Assembly: GCA_946965045.2 (NCBI GenBank)
Contig: OX337232.1
Location: 3,846,314-3,910,313 of the forward strand
Direction of reading: 5' to 3'
DNA from: Epithemia pelagica
Taxonomy: Eukaryota > Protista > Bacillariophyta
DNA length: 64,000 nucleotides
Shown here: one piece after another, positions 57,670 through 64,000 of the stretch
Numbering within the stretch: the first letter of the stretch is position 1
Layout: each line of letters starts with the position of its first letter
The notes under the pieces: generated by a model
What the model was told of the DNA's origin: nothing
Seen by the model: only the letters and a program-made list of their open reading frames with translations
Databases searched by the model: none
Program-made: the position numbers and the translations under genes

Positions 57670-60600
57670 AGGGGCTCACGAAATAGAAGGCAGAAATATG
57701 ATTGGGTTAGAAAACTCACAAGACATAGACAAGACATCAAAATACTTAACGAAAACTCACACAAGACATGTCTTCTCTTACCAGTAGACATCGCGCGCCA
57801 CGCGCAAAAAGCCACGGAATCTTGCCGACTTCCCCACGAAAACAGCCGAAACGACAGGGATTTCGTCTCCAACACGATTCCGTGCCAATGAGGCCGGTCG
57901 CGGTTGCCGTGCCCCAGGACATGGACAATGGTGTCGATGTTTCTGGAGCGACAATGGACCCAACCACGATGACTGTCCCTGAGGAGAATGACTCTCCTCC
58001 ACCACCACCAGCACCCTTGGTGGTGAACCCATACAAAAAGCTCAGCAAGGAGCAAGAGATGGGTGGGCAGAGTCAACGACGAAACAACCAAACAAAAAGG
58101 GCAAAGTCGTTAGCACAACAGAGAAGCAACAAGAAGAGGAAGCAACAAGAGGCAAAGCAGTTGAGGCAGCTCACGCTTGAGAAGAAAAAGGCCTTTGAGC
58201 CAGACAGGGACTGCACCATCTGCAGTTCCAAAAGGCTTGGGACCAAGCCTCCCAAGCGCCCCCATCACGTCTTCTGCCCGAAGAACACAAAGACCAGGGG
58301 CATACCAGACCACTTGGTAGAGGCCATGAAGGAGGAGGAACGACTGAAGAAAGAGGCCAACAAGGAAGTGACTTACCATCCAATCATCATGAGGCAAGAA
58401 GATTTCAACCTCTTCTTTCGTCTCAACAATAAACCTGTCTCGGAAGCTTCAAATGAAGCAACGACCGTGACAGAGGACGATTTGAAACTTTCCAGGGTTC
58501 GGAAGGGGAAGCGCAACTGTATTGCGCGCACGGACTGCCTGATCAATAATCAGGTGACGTCCGCCGTTGGGTCCGATGAGTATGTATTTATGCAATCGGT
58601 ACTGGCTAAATACAAGGAGATAGAACAAGACGAGTCGATCACGTGTCCGAAAACAATGTACGCGCTTGCCAAGACTATCGCCGAAACTTGTTTGGAACGG
58701 AAGCGCGACGTGCGGTCACTTAAGCCGTTCATGCGAGACATGTGTTTGACTGTACCCGACGTGCGAAACAACAATAATGCCCTGTGGGACTCAATTGTAG
58801 GGCGACGTTTGTACATTGTTGACTGGGAGCTGTTTATGCCGGTGGAGTTTCAGAAAATTGGGCTTAAGTGTCCAAAGTGTAGCAACTGTACACTACAACG
58901 CGAGCGGACCAACCTTTCCAAGAGCAAAAGTCTATTCCCCATTTTTGGTCTTGATGGCGCACCGTCTTACGCCCTTGTCACGCACTACCATTGCAAGGAG
59001 TGCAATACCACGCATGCCGGCAACGACGGAGCACTTCTCAATTCGCTGCCTCCACATTTTGCGAAATGGTATCCGGTCGAAGCAAAGTGGGCTCGAGGTG
59101 CCCAGCACTTCGACATTACAACAACAACAGTGTTGGAGGAGGAGATGCTTACCTATGGCAATGGTGACCACTGTAGTGGACTATTGTATGCTGCAATCAA
59201 CAGGGATTATAGGAATAGAATAACTAACTATTACTCCTTCTGCGATGCAACACATCAGCAAGGGCAAGAGTACCCAGCGAAAGATGGAGAGTGGCTCACC
59301 AGGTATCCTCCTCTTGGTGAGACAATCAGACAGGCCTACCACGAGGCATCAAGATCCAGACTCAATCCCTGGAGAACAAGTGACTATGAGAGGCACACCA
59401 GGGAAATCCAAGCAGTGGGCTGCCAAACAAGTTTTGCCCAAGACCACACCTTCCAAGCAGTCAAGAACTATCCCAAGAGGCTCAAGGCAGAAGCTGTATG
59501 GGATGCTGCCAATGAAGTAGGCGAGATTGCATGTGCAATCTTGGTTCCAAACTTGGAAACCAAGACCTTCTCCCATGCTGCCCAACAACTCTGCAGCCGT
59601 GGAAATTTTAACCCGAGCGTCATCTATTCCGACACATTCCCCCACAAGAGCGATTATTGGGTTGGATTGTTGGGTGAAGATGTAGTCCCAAGACTGGGAC
59701 TCTTTCATTTCCTCCAGCGAATTATAAAGACCCTGCGCCATAAACACATGGACTTTGGTGACGCGTTGCGCGAATTGTTGGATTGCATCTACGAGTATCA
59801 CGATGGTGACTTCCATAAAGTCATCACGGCCCTGAAGAATGGCACCCTTGGAGGCAAGAAATGTAATGACAAGCAAATAGCAGAAATGAGACAGACCAAG
59901 GTTTTTCGCGAAAGATACGGCAAGTACTTACGGAAAAGCATCCGCGCGTTCCAAACAATCGTGATGCGCCTGGAGGAGTGGAAGATAAAATATAAAGTGA
60001 GAAGTAGTAGTGACAGTGGGCCACCGGCACGAGGAAGGCTCGATCACAAGACACAACAACCATTGTTCACACAAGATACTCACTCAGCAATCGAAAACTG
60101 TAAAAAAAAGGCAGAGTTTCTCGCAGATCCGATTCCAATGGAAGACATGTATCGTGAGATCAAACCACACCCAAAATCAAGCCATCAATTGTCCGAATGG
60201 GTCTCTTACCGAGGGGAATCCAAATTGGAGTCATGGCACAACAACTTGGCCCATTTCAGTAATGGGGGCACAAATGAAAAACTCTCGGACGACTTGAACT
60301 TGTGCGGAACGGCGCGGTACAACCGTCAGATTCGACACAAGCTGCGCTTTGTGTCGAAGACAACGGAACAACGCAACAAGAAAATGCCTGCGGCGTGGGA
60401 AACAGTGGTGAGTCATTGGAACCACCAGCAACTTGCCTTTATCAACAAGTTGGCCGTTCGATGCGGCGCATCCAAGTTGTTCGATGACGTCGAGCACTTA
60501 CCGCAAGACAATGGTGAACGCTTTTTTTCTGAGTACTTACAAGTTTATGAGCAACTCAACAAGGTCTGGAACATCTCGGTCCAACAGCATGACTTCTGTC

Positions 60601-61826
60601 CCTGTGAGAAATGTGAGGCTCAGCGCAATATGCAAGATGAAGAAACAATGCAAACAAGTGAGACACTGGAACAACAAGATACAGAACAATCACGAGAAAA
60701 TGAAAAAGAGCAACAAGTTGAGGAAACAGAAGAGCATCAAGACGAAGCAAACCAAGAAGATGACGATGATCCAATGTTGAGTGATGAGGAGGAAGAGCTG
60801 CCGCCACCACCAGCTCCAACAGTGCATCTGTCTTCTCCAACACGACCACAACGAGCACCACCACAAACACAACAGCAACCTGCTCCCAAATCGCAACCAA
60901 GAACAGCAATACAACCGGCCCCCAGACCAATCACCATGCCACAACCACAAATGCCATCACTTCCACCATTGCTTCCGCCAAATACGCCGCTTGCTAGTGT
61001 TCATCACTTTCAGCAACAGCTGCTGCAGCAAGCGGCGTATTACTCGTCGTACCTTGGTTGCCAACCGATCCATCAACAACCAACACATCCACAACCGACT
61101 CAAAATTGTTGCATCCGCAATATTCAGTATTGGCAGAGGCCCAATCGTCGGGGCATCCCACCCCATGACAAATCTTGTTCCAACCATCCCAGTAATGCAT
61201 CGTACCCTTAAAACACAACAACAACATCGGTTAGAGAGCAGCAAAAATCAACACAGCATCAACAGCCAACAGTCGCGACTTACCATGGAGGCCAGACACT
61301 TTAAGACAAAGATTCAAGAGATATAACAACAACAACGACGACAACAACAACAGTAGTGAGAAAACCATCGATCAGAAAATAATGAACTAACAAAAACTGT
61401 GCAAAACTTCTCGTCCATGCCGTAGCTATGATTGCGTGATATACTGGAAACAATGTATGCCAATATCTTCGCACAGGCAATACAATCAGAGATCAAAGGC
61501 ATATGTGAGGCTGACGATGTTTTGTATAGGTAAAAGACACACGGTGTCAGCACTTACCGTAGCCAGATACGTAGAACGACCGTAGGGAACTGCCAAATCC
61601 CCCTCCACCGGGACATTGGAGCAACACGTAGTCACCACACATCCCACACAGACCAGAAGCAGTGACAAATGGATCAACCAATGAGATCATAATATGATGG
61701 TGGCAATCGCACGTTCGTAGCAAAGGGAATCTTACCACTAATTCTTCCTCTTTTTTCTTTTTTCCTTCTTCTTCTTCTTTTTTCTCTTCCTTTCTTTCCC
61801 CTCCTCTTCTGCGACTTCCCCCTATA
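57670..61826 (+). mobile_element. Transposon copy B, apparently full length (~4.15 kb)
   Basis: Both end regions are homologous to those of copy A. Only AGGGG...CCCCT is shared between the two ends. No TSD found. Confidence 0.85.
57768..61211 (+). CDS. Putative DDE transposase B, intact, 1147 aa
   Basis: FAQDHT, IYSDTFP, RLGLFHF, RGESKLESWH and the same Zn-binding-like clusters as copy A. Single exon. Confidence 0.8.
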   Translation: MSSLTSRHRAPRAKSHGILPTSPRKQPKRQGFRLQHDSVPMRPVAVAVPQDMDNGVDVSGATMDPTTMTVPEENDSPPPPPAPLVVNPYKKLSKEQEMGGQSQRRNNQTKRAKSLAQQRSNKKRKQQEAKQLRQLTLEKKKAFEPDRDCTICSSKRLGTKPPKRPHHVFCPKNTKTRGIPDHLVEAMKEEERLKKEANKEVTYHPIIMRQEDFNLFFRLNNKPVSEASNEATTVTEDDLKLSRVRKGKRNCIARTDCLINNQVTSAVGSDEYVFMQSVLAKYKEIEQDESITCPKTMYALAKTIAETCLERKRDVRSLKPFMRDMCLTVPDVRNNNNALWDSIVGRRLYIVDWELFMPVEFQKIGLKCPKCSNCTLQRERTNLSKSKSLFPIFGLDGAPSYALVTHYHCKECNTTHAGNDGALLNSLPPHFAKWYPVEAKWARGAQHFDITTTTVLEEEMLTYGNGDHCSGLLYAAINRDYRNRITNYYSFCDATHQQGQEYPAKDGEWLTRYPPLGETIRQAYHEASRSRLNPWRTSDYERHTREIQAVGCQTSFAQDHTFQAVKNYPKRLKAEAVWDAANEVGEIACAILVPNLETKTFSHAAQQLCSRGNFNPSVIYSDTFPHKSDYWVGLLGEDVVPRLGLFHFLQRIIKTLRHKHMDFGDALRELLDCIYEYHDGDFHKVITALKNGTLGGKKCNDKQIAEMRQTKVFRERYGKYLRKSIRAFQTIVMRLEEWKIKYKVRSSSDSGPPARGRLDHKTQQPLFTQDTHSAIENCKKKAEFLADPIPMEDMYREIKPHPKSSHQLSEWVSYRGESKLESWHNNLAHFSNGGTNEKLSDDLNLCGTARYNRQIRHKLRFVSKTTEQRNKKMPAAWETVVSHWNHQQLAFINKLAVRCGASKLFDDVEHLPQDNGERFFSEYLQVYEQLNKVWNISVQQHDFCPCEKCEAQRNMQDEETMQTSETLEQQDTEQSRENEKEQQVEETEEHQDEANQEDDDDPMLSDEEEELPPPPAPTVHLSSPTRPQRAPPQTQQQPAPKSQPRTAIQPAPRPITMPQPQMPSLPPLLPPNTPLASVHHFQQQLLQQAAYYSSYLGCQPIHQQPTHPQPTQNCCIRNIQYWQRPNRRGIPPHDKSCSNHPSNASYP

Positions 61827-62500
61827 AAGTTGAAGGAAGGGAGAACAGGGAGTCACCGTTGGGGGATCGAATATCGAATCGGATGGGGGTTTGGCGCGGA
61901 ACTCTGTTTTGTGCGAAGAAGCAACCACAAACCACACCACCACCCCAACAAACGGAAAGACTGGCGGTGAATCAGAATCTACCGACTAACGTAGCTCTCT
62001 AGGAGTACTCCTAGTATGGTGTACGAGTTTCGTACCTCGTCTACTTGTACCTAGCTGAATGGCTATTGCACAAAGAATCAAAGTACTCCTTTTATTATTT
62101 GTTATTTGTTGACCATGAGACACGACGCCGACCGCCGACGCGCTGCCTTTCGCAGACACCTACTTGCTTTTTACGTGTCACGTGATTCGGAGAACCGAGA
62201 AATAAGCGCCTTTTTGCTGTTATAAGCCTTGGCCTTATGGCCTTGGCCTTCTGGGTCTGCTACAATAGCCTCCGCCAACAGGGATACCCATTATTTCTTG
62301 TCGATAGGTGACATTTTTACTGTAAGGTTGACAAATTCTACAATTAATCTACAAAGGTCCATATTGCCCTTCTGGTGCGACATTGGTTTTCTTTTCCTTT
62401 ATTATAGCCTAGTCGATTGTCCACAGTTGTCCACTTATGTAGAGTAAAGTCGGATTATGATGAGATAATCTTATGGGCATTAAGCAAAGGTGCGGCTTTT

Positions 62501-63899
62501 CCCTCGGTATCAGTGTCCACTGCTTAGCTGTTTTTTGTCTGTGCCACCTTCATAGGTTCCCAAGTGGACACAGACAGAAAATTTCCTTTTTGACGCAAAT
62601 GGAAATGACTAAATTGCAAATTGGCACGCATACACAGCTGGAGTTTTCGCAGTTCATGAATCAGACGCATGCCCAGCAAGCGGCCCTGCGTGGATGACGG
62701 TTGGTTGGTCTTTGCAGAATGCGCCATCCAAATCCCCCATAAAATCATACAGAGGCCATCACCCACAATGGCATGGCATGAATTGTCGCCTTTCATGCAA
62801 TTGAGGTAAGTTTGAACGTACAAAAATGTTTCCATGACAACAACAGTTCTTGTACTGTCATTCTAACTTCTCCCTCACACTTGTATTCGTTTTTCTCTTC
62901 TGATATTCGACATTTGACAACTGTCTCTCTCTCTGTCCACTTCATTGAGAGTGAATGTTTGTGCCTATGGAATGCCAATTCTCCATTCGAGCCTCGGCTT
63001 AAAATTAAAGACCACATAGAGATTCATTTCTTTGTAGGAGTATTTTAGGAGTTTCTATCAGAAGTTTAGTTCTAATCTTTCATAGATTTTGTAAGATCGT
63101 GCGTTTTATTGCCGTGCTTTCAACAACCATGACACTCTGGTGTAGGTTTGAGGCCATCTTGAAGCATATCTGATCGACTCTGTGATCTATGAAGACTAGT
63201 TTGAGTAGGCCTAGTGGCAACAAGCTGCCTCAGTTTGTCGTCATCTCTAGGTTTAGGTACTTGAGTATCCGACACACAACGAAAGGTTCTTGATCTGTGG
63301 TCGACATGGAGATGGGCGAAGCACAATGATGACAGTAAAAAAACATGCTACAAAAATAAGAACACAACCAGCCAACAATCAAACAGCACTACGATTAAAG
63401 CAAGGAGAAGTTGTGGCAAACGGCCGACAATGACTTGTCCTCCATTTCATTGCGACAAAATAAAAGGAGCACCAAGCATCAACATTAACAGGGACAAAGA
63501 TTAATGAGATAACGTGTGAGAAAACTATATAGGACATGAAAGAAGCTAAGAGACAAACAACAAGCAACAAGAGAGAAAAACCAAAATACTGCTTCAGGTC
63601 GCAAGGATTCGGAAAGAGCTCGTTTCATGGTCAATGTCGATGTTTTTGACACCGCGTGTGAGATTTTTGTGACGAGACGAGAGTCGTGTGAAAGGATTCC
63701 AAATTTGAATCGTGGTCACGGTCACAGGAAGATGCTAATCGCCAACTGTCACTTGCACGCCGGCATTTCCACCAGCACGAGGAACCATATTGGTGAAAAG
63801 GACAGACGAAAAGTGAAATTTTCTGTCTGTGTCCACTTGGGAACCTATGAAGGTGGCACAGACAAAAAGCAGCTAAGCAGTGGACACTGATACCGAGGG
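62501..63899. mobile_element. 1.4-kb non-autonomous element with 85-bp TIRs, CCC...GGG termini and TTTT flanks
   Basis: 62501-62585 is the reverse complement of 63815-63899 with one mismatch. TTTT lies immediately outside both ends as a direct repeat. The interior has only stop-riddled frames. Confidence 0.75.
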
Positions 63900-64000
63900 T
63901 TTTTGGCAAAATGCGAATTCCCCAACAGGGTATTCGCAACAAACGGCAGAAGACCGCCAAAAGACGACAGCTCGTGGCTATAGTGTATTGCATCGCGTTG

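Noticed and set aside
61998-62013. Palindrome CTAGGAGTACTCCTAG as a Helitron 3' end
   Set aside because: No Rep/helicase or matching 5' TC end, and it lies outside the homology between the transposon copies.

Overview
Eukaryotic nuclear DNA, most consistent with a pennate diatom (inferred from short GT-AG introns, CAA/Gln-rich low-complexity proteins and diatom-type gene families). Apparently intact genes: a Crinkler-type NTPase+nuclease protein, a bHLH factor, a nucleobase-ascorbate transporter, a NodB deacetylase protein, a Cys-rich membrane protein, cytosolic LeuRS, two tandem paralogues with a shared helical domain, a beta-propeller membrane protein and one further hypothetical protein. 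Six recognisable genes are disrupted: a METTL13-like methyltransferase, a capsular-polysaccharide-synthesis glycosyltransferase, a calmodulin-like gene, a plasmepsin-V-like aspartic protease, a Kelch protein and an ataxin-3-like gene. Many of their stops look like C>T/G>A transitions. The most striking structure is an 8.4-kb block (53456-61826) of two related DDE-transposase elements. The left element was broken at a codon-exact point and its body inverted, leaving two long transposase ORFs head-to-head and two 3' ends facing outward. Also present: several non-autonomous inverted-repeat elements with different TSD types, a hairpin tandem array, and a ~150-bp direct repeat separating consecutive minus-strand genes around LeuRS.
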